From: Octopus vulgaris
Lineage: Eukaryota
Direction: 5' to 3'
Assembly (NCBI GenBank): GCA_951406725.2
Contig: OX597826.1
Span: forward strand, 49,228,001-49,292,000
Length of the DNA stretch: 64,000 nucleotides
The notes beneath the pieces were generated by a model. The model was not told the DNA's origin, did no database searches, and worked only from the letters and a program-made list of their open reading frames with translations. Positions 1 through 14,759 of this stretch are shown here, one piece after another. How positions within the stretch are numbered: the stretch's first letter is position 1; each line of letters begins with the position of its first letter. The translations under genes and the position numbers were made by a program.

Positions 1-28
1 CAGGTTCATACACTCTCAAAAACAGGTT

Positions 29-169
29 TTTCGGTTTCCATCCACCAAATCCACTCACAAGGCTTTAAATGACCTGAGGTTATAGTAAAAGACATTCGCC
101 CAAGGTTCTATACAGTGGGACTGAACCTGGAACCATGTGCTTGGGAAGCAAACTTCTTACCACACAGCC
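29..169 (-). mobile_element. SINE family A 5' half (further partial copies near 1910-2045, 8250-8450, 13330-13520, 18270-18405, 35020-35235, 41470-41630, 56520-56650, 61410-61540)
   Basis: ccaaatccactcacaaggc..cagtgggactgaacc..cttaccacacagcc matches the family head in reverse. Confidence 0.8.
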
Positions 170-1369
170 ATTGTGAATGTTTTGTATTTTCTATTCTCAT
201 CATTTTGGAGTTGTCCTTCATTGAGATTCTTGTTCCATTAAAAGTTACACCTGTTGAGTAGATTCATAGTTTATAATGCTTTTGTTGTATATAAAATATG
301 AATTATTTCAAAATGTTGGTTTACAACCAAATTTGCCTGCTGATAGAGTTTTTATCAATTTTTAAATTTCCCTATGTCCCCCATTTAAAATCTTCGTATT
401 TAACCCTTCTAGAACCAACTCACTTCTATATAGTTTTTGCCGACCAAAATTCACCCACAAGAAATGAGGCAACTCAAAGTCAAGGAAAAATGACATTTGC
501 CCAAGATACCATAGAATGGGATTGAAACCAGAACCTGCCCTCATAATTCCAACATGAACTTCTTAACTATTCACCCATACTGCTCCTACATCAACTCTAA
601 AATTCTGTTATAGACATGTGGTCTGTTGCCAATATAAAAATTAATAAGAGTCATGATTGGTAAATTTGAGTCAAGTGGATGTTCCTCGGTTAAGAGTCTT
701 CATTTCAGTTTGATATTTTATATGTATAGGTTATTGATCTGTTTCACTCTTTAATCAATCATTATTGTTAACAGGTTATCAATCAAGTTTTCTAATAAAT
801 AGATACTGATTTCTATGTTTGTCATAACTGTAATAATAAATCTGTCATTGATAGCAATGTCATTCTAGAAATAAACAATCACATCATTGAAATCTTGAAG
901 CTATTTCAGTGGAAAGTACTATAATAATATACCCCTACTAACCTACACTAGGTCCAACTAATTCCAGTTAAACCACTTGCACCTGGAAAGAATGCTACAA
1001 ACAATAATTTTTTACTTGAATGGGCTGTGGTACTCAAAGAATGACTGTAATATGAAATATCCTTTTTACTATAGACACAAGGCCTGAGATTTTGTGGGGG
1101 TTGCTTGTCAATTACATCGACCCTAGTACTTGACTGGTACTTATTTTATTGACCCCTGAAGGGAAAAGTCAACTTCAGCGGAATTTGAACTGTACTAGGA
1201 AGTATCATTGAATGCCTTTTCTAGGTGGTGCCTTTAAGTTAGGCCAGCTCTGACCAAAAACTTATCTGAGTATCTAAGATGCATAATGAAAGAAGAAATG
1301 TACTGTTTTTGGCATAAAAGCCATTTCATTCTCAAAGAATAACTTTTAAAAAATCACCCCAGGTTCATC

Positions 1370-1530
1370 ATCATCATCAACCTTTAACGTCTGTTTTCTA
1401 TGCTGGTATGGGTTGGATGGTTTGAATACAGCTGGTAACCAGGAGAGCTGCACCAGCTTCCAGTCTGATCTGGCATAGTTTCTGCAGATGGATGCCCTTC
1501 CTAACACCGACCACTTTACAGAGTGTGCTG
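1370..1530 (-). mobile_element. SINE/LINE-tail repeat ending in (GAT)n (related copies near 5150-5240, 13550-13715, 61040-61120)
   Basis: Shared ggatgcccttcctaac / ttaggaagggcatc motif, catgccagcat segment and (CAT)n tail. Confidence 0.65.
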
Positions 1531-2140
1531 CATGCCTCCTTTGTGGCACTGGCACAGGCATTTTTGCAGGGTGCTATTACATGGTGCCGGCAGGGGTGCT
1601 TTTAGAAAAGGCATCAGCACGGAGCTCTTGCAGGCCACTGTTCTCCAGCTGAGGAAGTGGTATTAACACTTCTGCTGTGGAGGACGGGCCTTCTTGAGTA
1701 TAGCAAGGCACCAGGTATTTCGGTTCTTCATCATCTCCTCCATTCTACATGCATCTATCTATCTAGGTCATCCCTCAGGACGCCCCATTATTAGGGGTTT
1801 CGGCTGTGCATACTATAGGAGACACAGGGAACTGCTCCATGTGGTCCTGCAGTTTCCATCTAAATAGGAATATTATAAATATATATATATATATATATGT
1901 ACGTCAAATGAACTTCTTTCAGTTTCCATCTATGAAATCCAATCACAAGGCTCTGGTCAGTCCTGAGCTAAATAGGTACCATGCAGTGGGACTGAACCTG
2001 ACAGCATATCGCTAGGGAACAAACGTCTTTACTACACAACCACACCTAACTATACATACATACTTATGTATATATAAGTGTGTGTATGTATATGTGTGTG
2101 TGTATGTATATGTATGTATGTGTGTATGCATGTATGTTCA

Positions 2141-2410
2141 TAGTGTGAGGGTTTGGTTAGAGACCTTGTCTTATGTCAAATAGCTGGTTGCCGTTCCCAG
2201 ACCAAACCCGAGAATGTTCTAGAACTGTTAGAAGGGTCAAACAGTGATGACCTACGGAAGGAAATATTGATTCTGTCTGAGCAATTTAAAAATAAGTTTG
2301 GAAAAGAGAGAAAAACGGTTATTGTTGCTTCTAAATGAGATGTTTCTCTTTTGGCAAATGATAGTTGGTACAGGGAAATGCTAAAAGAAAAAATCAATCA
2401 GATTGAAGAT
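2141..2410 (+). pseudogene. Coding-like relic of unknown origin with one in-frame stop
   Basis: ORFs 2153-2338 and 2351 onward share a frame separated by a single TGA; about 90 codons of ordinary protein composition between microsatellites. Confidence 0.35.
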
Positions 2411-2475
2411 ATATATATGTACACATATATGCGTGTGTGTATGTATGTCTTTATCTATCTATACATATGTGAGTG

Positions 2476-2506
<31 letters not shown>

Positions 2507-2982
2507 TCATACATACATATATATATATATATATATTTATATACATATACACACATCAAGTGTGGAAGAGTGAACAGTGGATAGATATACACACAAGGAT
2601 TTATATATATATATATAGATAGATAGATAGGTATGTGCCTGTTACTGTATGCTGATAGATATATATATGTGTGCATGTATGTAGATTTTTGTGCATATTA
2701 TATATATACATATATATATATATGCCTTGATACATATTTATATGTGTATATATATATATATTTGTGTGTGTGTACCCAAATGCACAAACAATACTCATTA
2801 TATACACCCCTTCATGTAGTCATAAAATTTCTGGTTATGTCTTTAGGTAAGAACTGGAAAACAATCCCTAACTTCATTTGTTGCTTTTCTTTATTTCTTG
2901 TTTTATGAATTGAAGACCCATCAGAACACACTCGTTACCAAACTTCAGCTTACAAACTTACATATATGTCTCTGCTTGTATA

Positions 2983-3058
<76 letters not shown>

Positions 3059-3981
3059 CTTATGTTTGTGTGCTCTGTATGTATTTATGATTGTGTGCTC
3101 TGTATGTTCACATATGTACATACACACATACACACACACACGCACATATATATATATATATAGACACATATATCGGTATATATATATATATATATATATG
3201 TATGAATGGTCATAGGTGTAGAAAGAAGACAAAGGTTATATCATTTGTCTACTTCGTTGGAACATATCATGTTTTAAACTGGAATGAGCCCAATGACTTT
3301 TCGCGGACATTGACAAAAATTTTTCACCATCTTACAGTTTACCGAACCCTAATTGGTGCCAAGCAGCCAAACATCAGAGCCAACTACACACACACACACA
3401 CACACACAAATATATGTATGTATATATATACATATATATAAACATATATATATAGATATATATACCTTTTTGCATATCAGTATTTATGTGTGTGTATGTA
3501 TGTGTATACGCTTTATGTGTGATTGCACGTATACATGCATATCCTGGTATGTATGTATATATGCATGTTAGTATTTGTGTGTGTGTGTGTGTGTGTGTGC
3601 ATGCGCACATGTATTATTTACTTTAGATACCAGGAGAAAATTGAATAAGAAGTATGAGAGAAAATAACAAATTTTCTATGGAAACTCAATTTTTTTAAAA
3701 TTCATTTTTCTAAATATTTATTTCAACTTATTTTTACTTTTCTTTTTATACAATTTGCAGAATGTTTTTTCTTCTTTCTTTCATTTCCGTTAAATCGTAC
3801 GCGCGCACACACAGACACACACACACGTGATCGTTATAAGTTTTTGTATAATTTTAAATTTGTTTAACTAAAATTCTACATATGGTAGAATTAATGTGTG
3901 AAATGCAAAACTCAAAGAATTTATTATGACTTTGAATCTGTTCTTGAGATTGGTAATTTCCAACATGGCCACTGCTATTGT

Positions 3982-4505
3982 GTAGAGGTGCATGGCTTAA
4001 TGGTTAGAGTGTTAGATTCATGATCATAAAGTCATGGTTTCGATTCCTGGACTGAGCGATGCTTTGTGTTCTTGAGCAAAACACTTTATATCATGTTGCC
4101 TCAGTGCGCTCAACTGGTAAAAATTAACAACCCCACAATAGAAAGATATCCCATTAAGGGAGGAATATATATATATCTTAGAGCAACTGGAAAACCAACC
4201 CTGTGCTTCTTACAGAGAAGCCAACCAACTGCCATTGTACACACATATATATATAAATGCGCCCTTTTAAAGCCTAGCCAGGCTCATGGGCCCGGTTTCC
4301 CGATTTCAATGGCATATGTGTTCCCCAGCTGGACAGGACGCCAGTCCATCGCAGCATTACTCATTTTTGCCAGCTGAGTAGACTGGAGCAATGTGAAATG
4401 AAGTGTTTTGCTCAAGAACACAACACATCGCCCCATCCAGGAATCGAAACCACAATCTTACAATCATGATGCTGACACCCTAACCACTAAGCCACGCACC
4501 TCCAC
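3982..4505. mobile_element. Tail-to-tail inverted pair of SINE family C
   Basis: Plus copy from 3982 and minus copy ending about 4505 share the tRNA-like head (tggcttagtggttag..ggtttcgattcc) and gtgttcttgagcaaaacactt; the minus copy has gcgatggactggcgtcctgtccag, resembling the V-SINE domain (recalled). Confidence 0.8.
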
Positions 4506-4513
4506 ACACACAG

Positions 4514-4722
<209 letters not shown>

Positions 4723-5441
4723 CATATACACAACTGGTACTTAATTTATCACCCCACCCCACAAAGAATGGAAGGAAAAGTTGACCTTGGCAGAATTTGA
4801 ACTTAGAATGTAATGTCAAGATGAAATACCACCAAATATTTCGTCCACCATGCTAATGACTCTGCTGGCTTGCTGCTTTATATGGCCTTCAAAATATAAA
4901 GTTGAAATAATTATCAATTATTTTAGCAAATTTGATGGTCTAAAAGACACAGAGCATATTGGATGCAACCCAGTTTTCTTAGCACATATTCAGACAGAAT
5001 AGTTTTTAGTGCATTAAAAACTTCACATATAGGGTACAGGGTGACTTTTTATGGGACAGGATTTTGAAAAGAATCTATGTCTTGTATACTATCAAATATG
5101 GTAATTGCTATCATCATCATCTTCAGCAGCAGCAGCAGCAGCATTGGTTCAACATCCATTTAATCATACTCGCATGGGTCGGGTGGAATTTATCAAAGTA
5201 GATTTGACTATGACTGGATGCCTTTCCTGTTGTTAACACTCAATTGTTTCCAAGGAAAGTAATGTTTCATTGTGGCAGGACATGTTCTGAGGAAATATTC
5301 AAAATGAATGACACCACTTGTATGAAGGTGAATTTCGTTTACAGCCGTCGTACAATGTCATACGCACACACACATATCTATATAAATAGATATGTATATG
5401 TATATGTATATACATATATATATACGTATGTATATGTATGA

Positions 5442-5482
<41 letters not shown>

Positions 5483-6236
5483 TATATGTATATGAGAAAG
5501 GTGGAATGGTCACAGGAGGAATCACTTTGATCATGTCTGCTTAGTCAGAGCTGAGGAATAATAAAACAGAGTCCAAAAAGAAAGAGGAATTTCACCACTG
5601 GTTATCTACAGTTTGGTTCCGGAGCAATCTGTTGGGAATAAAAGAACTATAACAACAACAACAACAATAGCAACAACAACTATACAAAAGAACAAAGATT
5701 AAGAATAAGAAAACAGACTAAAAAACATATTGAAATGAAGAAAGAATTCAGGAATGAAATTTAATTAGCAAATTCTTCGACACTAAACAGGATGGCGAGG
5801 ATGGAATGCTGAGCCGGGGAGGAGAAGGGACTTTAAGGAAAGAGTAGGTGGGGTGTGTGTGTGTGTATGTGTGTTGCATTTTGTAATTCTTTGTTTTGCT
5901 GGCATTTTATTTACATTGTGTCGTTGCATGACAATCTTTATTGCGATTTTGTCCGTCGTCGACGATGGCAGCGGCAGTGGTGGCCACAGTAGTGATGGTG
6001 GTGTTAAAAGAACGGTTAAGTGAAGGGGTCTTGAATTGTTTGAAGAGGTGGTCTTTGAGAGGAGTGGGTAGGTAGATAGGGATGGGGGGATGCGTTTAGG
6101 TAGTTGAATATTAATATGGGACACTGATGAGTGTCTGTCTATTAAATATATATATGTATGTGTGTGTGTGTGTGTATATATATATATGTATAGATATGTA
6201 TCTATAAATACATGTATATATATCTATATATATATG

Positions 6237-6274
<38 letters not shown>

Positions 6275-7293
6275 TATATGTATGTATATATATGTATATA
6301 TATATATATATGTATGTATATATATGTATTTATATATGTATGTATGTATATGTATGTATATATGTATGAATATATATATGTATGTATGTGTATGTATATA
6401 TATATATATGTATGTGTATATATATATATATATTTATATGTATATATATATATATTTGTATGTATATATATATGTATGCATATGTATGTATATATATAAG
6501 GTGAGAGAGAAAAACAGATGCACACACACACATATATATATATACATACAGAAAGAGAGAGAGAGAGAGAGAGAGTGTGAGTGAGAGAAGGAGACAGAGA
6601 CAGAGCTAAATAGACATATAGATTCATCTATTCATATAGTAATACGTGTGTGTGTGTATGTGTGTGTGTGCATGTATTGTTTGTAAAGGTATGGTAAGTG
6701 TGTAAACAATACCTAAATAAACTGATGCACCAAAATGATGACACATATGTTTTCTTTCTAAACAAACAGATTTTGCTTTATAACAATAACGAGCTGGGCG
6801 GAAGTTCCGTACACAGCATCATCACCGCCGACACCGACACCAACACCATCATAATCATCATCGTTGTCATCATCATCTTCATAATCATCATTAATACTCT
6901 CATCATAACCACCAGCATTGTGATCAAATTCCAGCCTGTATCAAATTTCCTCATGTGGGTGTGTTTGTGTGTGTGTGTGTGCACTTATACATATATATAT
7001 GGAGTGAATATGTGTGTGTGTGTGTGTGTGTGTAGGTGTGAGAATATATATTTGTGTAAATATATGCAATAACGAAATGTGTGTGTATATCTATACATCT
7101 GCAATTATACACATGAATAATATATGTGTGTGCATGTGCGTGTGTTTATATACACATAGAGAGGTAGAGAGATAGATAGGTAGATAGATAGATAGATAGA
7201 TAGGGGGAGAATTCACAAAAAAAACAAAAGATGAAGACAGGTAGTGTAGACAACAAACAGATGTATTAGTTTAATGTTCAAGAAGTGAAAAAG

Positions 7294-7331
7294 TCTTTAA
7301 TGTTTCGAGCCTACGCTCTTCCACAGAAAGG
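7294..7331 (-). ncRNA. Decayed minimal hammerhead-like motif, same family as 34841 (fragment about 7210-7370)
   Basis: Minus strand CCTTT-CTGTGGA-A-GAGC-gtag-GCTC-GAAAC-ATT-AAAGA; downstream sequence also matches the 34880-34970 copy. Confidence 0.5.
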
Positions 7332-8505
7332 AATACAGAAAGAAACAAGGAGAGAATATAAAGAATGTGTAGTGGATACTGATACATAGGTTGATAGATA
7401 GATAGATAGACATGTATATAAAGGTATATAAATGTATGTGTGTTTGCCCATATAGCTCAGTTGGTAGACTATTATAGGTTTATATATATATATATATACA
7501 CACATACGTACACCCATTTATGCATACTGCTGTATATGTGTATGTGTTTAAATAGGGAACAGCTTTTCTTTCAAACATGCTCTATTTAAAACACAGTTAT
7601 GTTCTAGTTTCATCTTTATTATCAATAATTTTTCCATATTACTTTTAGTAGTCTTTCATGTTTAATTCAGAACCATAACATTCCGAAATCCATTAAATTT
7701 AAAATTATATAATATTAAATCATAGTAGATTTCATGATAACCTCGTATGTTTTTATTTCAGCATTGGTGATTTTTATCAGTTATGAATTTATTTCTAAGT
7801 CTCTTTGCAAATTTACAGAGGCTGATTGCATAGACAAAATTTGTTATTACAAGTTCGTTTGGCAATGAAATTGGGGAAACCACAAACGTTTTTTTTTTAT
7901 GTGCAAGCTTGTCTGTATGCCTGAGTACTGCTATTATTTTAAAGGACTTTCAAGAGCGACTGAGCATTTACTGTTAGCATGACTCTGCTATGAGACTAGG
8001 GTTGAATCAATTGTCAAGATCAAATTGATTGAGACTCCAACTTCGGCTTGTTCAACCATAGGTGAAATAAACATAACAGATGCTTCGCTCCACACACAAG
8101 CTGCGGGAGTTACTCAGAGGTTTTGTAAGGTCTTCTAAATCCATTGCAAGTACACAGCATATATATCTATGCATGTTTATATATATATATGTGTGTGTGT
8201 GTGAATATATACACACACAGAGTGAAAAACACATACACACATTTTTTTTCTTTTGGTTCTACTTCCACCTGTTTTAGTCAGTGTACTGCAACCATGCTGG
8301 AATACTACTTTGAGGGGTTTGGTTGAACAAATCAAGTGCAGTCCTTATTGTTTTTTTAAACCTGGCACTTGTCTTGTCAATCCGTTTTGTTGAACTGCTA
8401 AGTTACAGTAACATAAACAAACTAGTACCAATTATCATGCAATGGCAGGACACACACACAAACACACACACATATAGTGGACTCTGATATCATAGTGGTA
8501 TATTA

Positions 8506-8840
8506 CAGGGTGTTTCAAAATATTTGGTATCATTTGAGATGTAAATATCACAGAAACTACATACTCAAAGCCAATGAAACTAAACAGGCTTAATGTTGAG
8601 AAACATAAGATTTATTCTTCCAAATCTGAATGAGAAATTCAAAGGTATGGGGAATCCATGAACGATTTCACAAACGTTCAATATGCTCACCGCCTGAGAC
8701 ACGGCACACGTCAAATCGGTAGTCCAGCTGCTCCCAAACACGCTGCAGCATGTCTTGGGTAACAGTTTCCAGTGCGGTAGTGATTCTCTGCTCAAGTTCC
8801 TCTAGGATTGCAGGAAGAAGGGGAGGGGGCACTTAGACCA
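8506..8840 (-). mobile_element. Tc1/mariner-superfamily transposon 3' fragment (transposase C-terminus plus TIR)
   Basis: Minus strand 8805-8668 translates LEELEQRITTALETVTQDMLQRVWEQLDYRFDVCRVSGGEHIERL*, a typical Tc3/rosa-like C-terminus; end is TA|CAGGGTG at 8504-8512. Confidence 0.85.
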
Positions 8841-8948
8841 TATATATATATATATATATATATATAAATCCTCAAAACATATGGACAGATAGACAATACA
8901 AAGACGGACAGGCAAAACCAGGACGGAACCTTCCTGGCTTTCTTTCAT

Positions 8949-8989
<41 letters not shown>

Positions 8990-10336
8990 TAGATAGATAG
9001 ATAGATAGATATGGAGATATAGATATATATATATAAATATCTATTTATAGGTTTCCTGGGAAACTACCTTCCGATACACACCATTTTTCTCTACACCCCC
9101 TCACATTCCTCTCAGGCTCAGTCCAGTCCAGTCCAAAGTTATTTCCATAGTGAAATATTTATATTCTTTTTTTTTTTTTCTTTTTACTTCCCATTCTAAT
9201 ACACCCCCCACCCCCGCCTCCTCTGTTTTCTTTCCTCCGCTCATATTTACTGGTTGGGGTTTTCCTATGTGAAAGGACCAAACTATTATCAAAGTAGAAT
9301 TAGAGGCTTGTTTCAAGACAAGCAATGGTACAAAGGACATTGGTGGTGATGGTGGTAGTGGTGGTGATGGTGGTGGCGGTGATGGTTGTCGATGTCTCTG
9401 GCGGAAATGCCCTCTTCATCTTATTAGTAGTGCAGTTGTGTGTGTTTTGGCATCAAAGAAAAGTGGTGAGAACATTAATCAACAAATAAATACACCAGAA
9501 ACAAAAAAAGAGAGAGAGAGAGTGAGAGACAGGGTGAGTGAGTGAGTGAGAGAGAGAGCGAGAGAGAGAGAGAGGGTGAGAGAGAGAGGGTGAGAGAGAG
9601 AGGGAATGTCCAGTAAGAAAGAAGCAGGAAGACAATTGAAACATTTTTCTTTCGAGAACAATATTCCATATCCGGACGTACTTCACATTCTTCACTCTGT
9701 GTGTGTGTGTGTGTGTGTGTGTGCATGCATGTTTGTGTGTGTATGCGTGTGTGCACGCATGTTTGTGTGTGTTTTCTCTGTTTGCTTTTTACTATGTCCT
9801 GAACTGTGTGTGTGTATATATGTGTGAATATATATACATACATGCAAATATATATATACACACATACACTCACACACACACTCACACATACATACACACA
9901 CATATATATATATACATATGTGTATATATATATATGTAAACAAAAATAAGCGGATCTATGTAACTGCACTGAAATTCATACGACCACATACACATACATC
10001 CGCACACACACACACATATATATATATATGCATTTACAAACGCACATACATACATATATAAAATGACTATTCTGTGAAATTCTTGGCCTTTTTCCTGACT
10101 TTGCTTCTTTGTCACCATTTCTTCTTTTTCTTCTTCATTATGATGATGATGATGATGATCACCATCATCATCATCATCCGGCTGTTTTCTTGTTGTTAGA
10201 AGTATTTTGTTGTCCTTTAGATAGATTTGATGGGGGTGGCCCTGGGAAATAACAAACCATTTCAAACCAATAAATGCATATGATTAGTCATTCTTGCTGA
10301 GAGTCTCTTTTTGTTTCTCATACTTCTTCTTCCTAC

Positions 10337-10414
<78 letters not shown>

Positions 10415-10419
10415 CATTG

Positions 10420-10860
10420 TTAAGGCAGCGAAGTGGCAGAATCGTTAGCATGCGGGATGAAATGCTTAGCTGTATTTCACCCGTCCCTATGTTCTGAGTT
10501 CAAATTCCACTGAAGTTGACTTTGCTTTTCATCCTTCCAGGGTCGATAAATTAAGTACCAGTGGGGTCGAGCTAATCGATTTGTCCCCTCCCTCAAAATA
10601 GCTGTCCTTGAGGTAAAATTTGAAACCATTATTATTATCATTATTGCCAAGGTGGCGAGTTGGCAGGAGCCAGCCAGGCAAAACGCTTAGTGGCATGTTG
10701 TCTGTCCTAATGCTCTGAGTTCAAATTCCGCTGAGGTTGACTTTGCACTTCATCCTTTCGGTGTCAATAAATTAAGTACCTGTCATGCACTGGGGTCAAT
10801 GCAATCAACTGTACCCCTCCTCTAAAATTTCAGGTCATGTGCTTTAAGTAGAAAGGATTA
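10420..10860 (+). mobile_element. Two tandem SINE family B copies in (ATT)n
   Basis: Two head-to-tail copies (about 10420-10628 and 10648-10860) showing CpG decay. Confidence 0.85.
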
Positions 10861-11154
10861 TTAATAATAATAAATATTATTATTATTATTCTACATATTG
10901 TATCCACAAAACACAATCCTTCTTCCCCAACAAAATGTCACCCTTCTTGAAATCCTTCCTCACACAGACTTTTCCTGTGTCTTTTGGCTGACACTGCTTT
11001 AAACAAAACCCTTAATGGCTTTCTTTCCTTCTGGTCCCAGAAGTCCTATGAAGGTTCTGGGTACAACCCTTTTTTCTAAAACTGATAAAAGTAAATAGAC
11101 TGATAAATATAGATATGTGTGTGAATCCATATATATACATACATACACACATGC

Positions 11155-11226
<72 letters not shown>

Positions 11227-11243
11227 ATATATGTGTGTGTTTG

Positions 11244-11295
<52 letters not shown>

Positions 11296-11826
11296 CACTC
11301 ACATATACATAACAGGTTTTGTGATGCTAGTAGGGAAATATAGTACTCAAAACTTGAGACTATATATATTTTTTATTAACAATCAGCAGAAGTTACTGAG
11401 TGGCTCAAGGGTCAAGAGTTTCGTGTGTTAACACTTTTCAAGCTTATATACACCTAATAGATACAATGCTATAGATATAGATACTGATGTGTATATATAC
11501 ATATATATATATTCAGCTGATACAGCTAACACACATTTCATGCAAATGATTATGGTTGACAACTATAACACACTTAAAAACTGACATAACTCACTTATGC
11601 TCAGACAGACGTATACACACAGCTGACGTAAGTGACTTTCACATAACACCCACACAGGCATATATACATATATGCATATACATTCTAAACCTTCCTCCTG
11701 TTTGGTCATCTCGGTCTGTCGTAGAGTCACTTCGATACCAATGGGAATTTGTACTGAAGTAACGAAGGATGATTGGGACCTTGTGCTACACACCAGGTAT
11801 ATATACACTCACACACACATATATAT

Positions 11827-11887
<61 letters not shown>

Positions 11888-11930
11888 ATTTATAATATTA
11901 TTTAATTGAATGCCACACATCTATTTCCAA

Positions 11931-11989
<59 letters not shown>

Positions 11990-12170
11990 TACATTTTCGT
12001 CTGTCTTTTCATTCTGAGTTCAAATTCCACCAATGTCAACTTTGCTTTTCATCCTTTTGGGTCGATAAATTAAGTACCAGTTGCATACTGGGGTTGACCT
12101 AATCAAGTGGCCCCCTCCCCCAAAAATTTCGGGCCTTGTGCCTAGAGAAGAAAAGAATATAGTTATACAT

Positions 12171-12225
<55 letters not shown>

Positions 12226-12288
12226 TACTTATAGCTATTGTTGCATTTCTTTTGTTTGGATTTGTCTGTGCCATAGTGTGCTTGCATC

Positions 12289-12325
<37 letters not shown>

Positions 12326-13247
12326 ATTTGTGAGTGTGTGTAGCGCTAAGCATGGGTGTGTGGTTTAGAAGTTTGCTTATGAACCACTTTGCTTTGATTT
12401 CAGTCCCACAGCCTGGTACATGGTTTCTAAACACGGTTTTTACAGCTGGATACCCTTCCTAATGCAAAACCTTTTACAAACTCTACAGGGTGGTACCTTG
12501 CTGAAAGACATATACATACATACATTTGACACATTATATCATGTTATATTATATCATATCATGTTTTATATACATACATATATATATGTACATAGTCACA
12601 CACACACACACTCACACACACACACACTCACACACACACAAGTATATATGTACACATACATGTATCTGTATAATATGTATGTATATGATAAATATCATTG
12701 GCATGGTATTTGAGGAGTGATGTAATATCAATATTATATTCTGTTCTACTTGTTGTTCTTGTTAGTGGTGTTGTTGTTGTTGTTGATTTTTTTTTCTTGA
12801 ATATTTTCTCTGCGTCTTGTTACAACTTTTTGGCAGTGCCAAATGCGGACAGGCAAACTCTGGGTCACGAGGTCACAGTCAGTTAGTTTCGCTGGGTCTG
12901 ATAGTCATCAGCTATTTTGGAACCTCTACCCATGAGATTTGTGCCACATTAGGATGCATGTGTGTGTGTGTGTATGCCTGTATAATATTACATACTTACA
13001 TACACACACACATATATATATACATGTATATACATATACGTGTATGTATATATATATATATTATGCACATGAGAGTGTAGCATCTATTGGCTTATTTTTC
13101 TTTCACTTTTATATTCGTCTATAGACATATATAAGTCCAGCAGTTTCTTCTCTGTATATTTCCCATTATTTACAGCCATTAACCAGAGAACGGTCATTGC
13201 CCGTAGCCTTTCACACTCTGATGACAGATTTGAAATGAAATGTTTTA

Positions 13248-13284
<37 letters not shown>

Positions 13285-14508
13285 TTGGAAAGTAGTAAAA
13301 TAGAAAAGTGAATTATTGACTTAAAAACATATCTTTGGTGCCCCTGAATTACTGCAGTCCAATGACTGAAACTTCTAAAAGGGAAAACAAAGAATATGAT
13401 TCTGAGGTTCAGTCCCACTGCATAGTACTTTGGGTAAAGTGTTCCTTCGCATAGCCCCAGGCTGACCAAAGCCTTGCGAGAGAATGTTGTAGATGGAAAC
13501 TGAAAGAAACCCATCGTATAATGTGTGTGTGTATGTGTGTGTATGTGCACTCTGTGAAGTGGTTGGCATTAGGAAGGGCATCTGACTATAGAGCCCTAGC
13601 CAAAACAGACTATGGAACCTAGTGTGACCCCTGACCTCACCAGTTTCTGTCAAGCAGTCCAACCCATGCCAGCATAGAAAACAGTCATTAAATGTTGATG
13701 AGGATGATGATGATGATGTATCGCGGGAGGAAGAGATTGGAGTGGCCCTTTTTTCCTCGAGATAAATCCAAAAGATCAACAGAGAAATTGAGATGGGAAC
13801 GATAGTGGATAGCATTAGTTTTATGTAAGGAAGGCAAACAAAATTAGAATTCAGATGGGCACCATCACCACCACCATCATCATCATCATCATCATCATCA
13901 CCATCATCACCATCATTTTCATCATCATCATCAACACCATAACCACCACCACCACCACCACCACTGAAGTCTGGTAATTGATTCATATCCTGTTTTTAAG
14001 ACCCAGGTGGAAAAATATGATAACAACATATTTATTTAGGATTTCCCTACTAACAAAGTGGCTAAAAAGGTTTTTAAAGGGGGCTTTCAATGTCTTGAAT
14101 GGGGCAATGAGGCAGGTTTGTAAACTATGTAAGTATGTAAGTATGAACATCTTTATGTGAGTGTGTGTGTGTGCGTGTGTGCATGTGTGTGTGTGTGTGT
14201 GCATGTGTGCACTAGTTTCTATGAGTGTGTGTTGTATGTATGTGTATAAGTACACTGCTTTGAATAAGTGTGAATGTGTACAAGTGCATGTATGAAATGT
14301 ATGTATGTGTGTATGTATAAATGTATGCATGTAGGAAAATGTAATTGTGTGTATATATATATGTGTGTTGACATGTGTGTATATTGACATGTGTGCATGT
14401 TGCCACATGTGTGTGCGGATGCATGTGTGACAATGTGAAAATCCATGCTATACTTATGTATGCAATGTTGACATCATTGTTAACTCTCTCTGTTTATTTC
14501 CTCGTGTT

Positions 14509-14546
14509 CCTTTCTGCAGAAGAGCTTAGGTTCAAAACATAAAAGA
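14509..14546 (+). ncRNA. Decayed minimal hammerhead-like motif, same family (fragment about 14485-14635)
   Basis: CCTTT-CTGCAGA-A-GAGC-ttag-GTTC-AAAAC-ATA-AAAGA; the CpGs of the 34841 copy are mutated; downstream taatacacc..ttgttgtt..cacctgtct matches the family. Confidence 0.45.
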
Positions 14547-14759
14547 CTTTCTCACCTTCCTGAGCATCAAACTAATACACCCGCTTGTTGTTTATACACC
14601 TGTCTTTGACTTTTGTTCTTCTATATATTTCAACTATATATATACACACATGTATATATATATAAAAACATATATATATATATAAAAACATATATATATA
14701 TAAAAACATATATATATATATAAGTAGGTGCAGGAGTGCCTGTGTAGTAAGTAGCTATA

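Noticed and set aside
12825-12845. miR-96-like seed TTTGGCACT on the minus strand
   Set aside because: Only the seed matches; no pre-miRNA hairpin evident.
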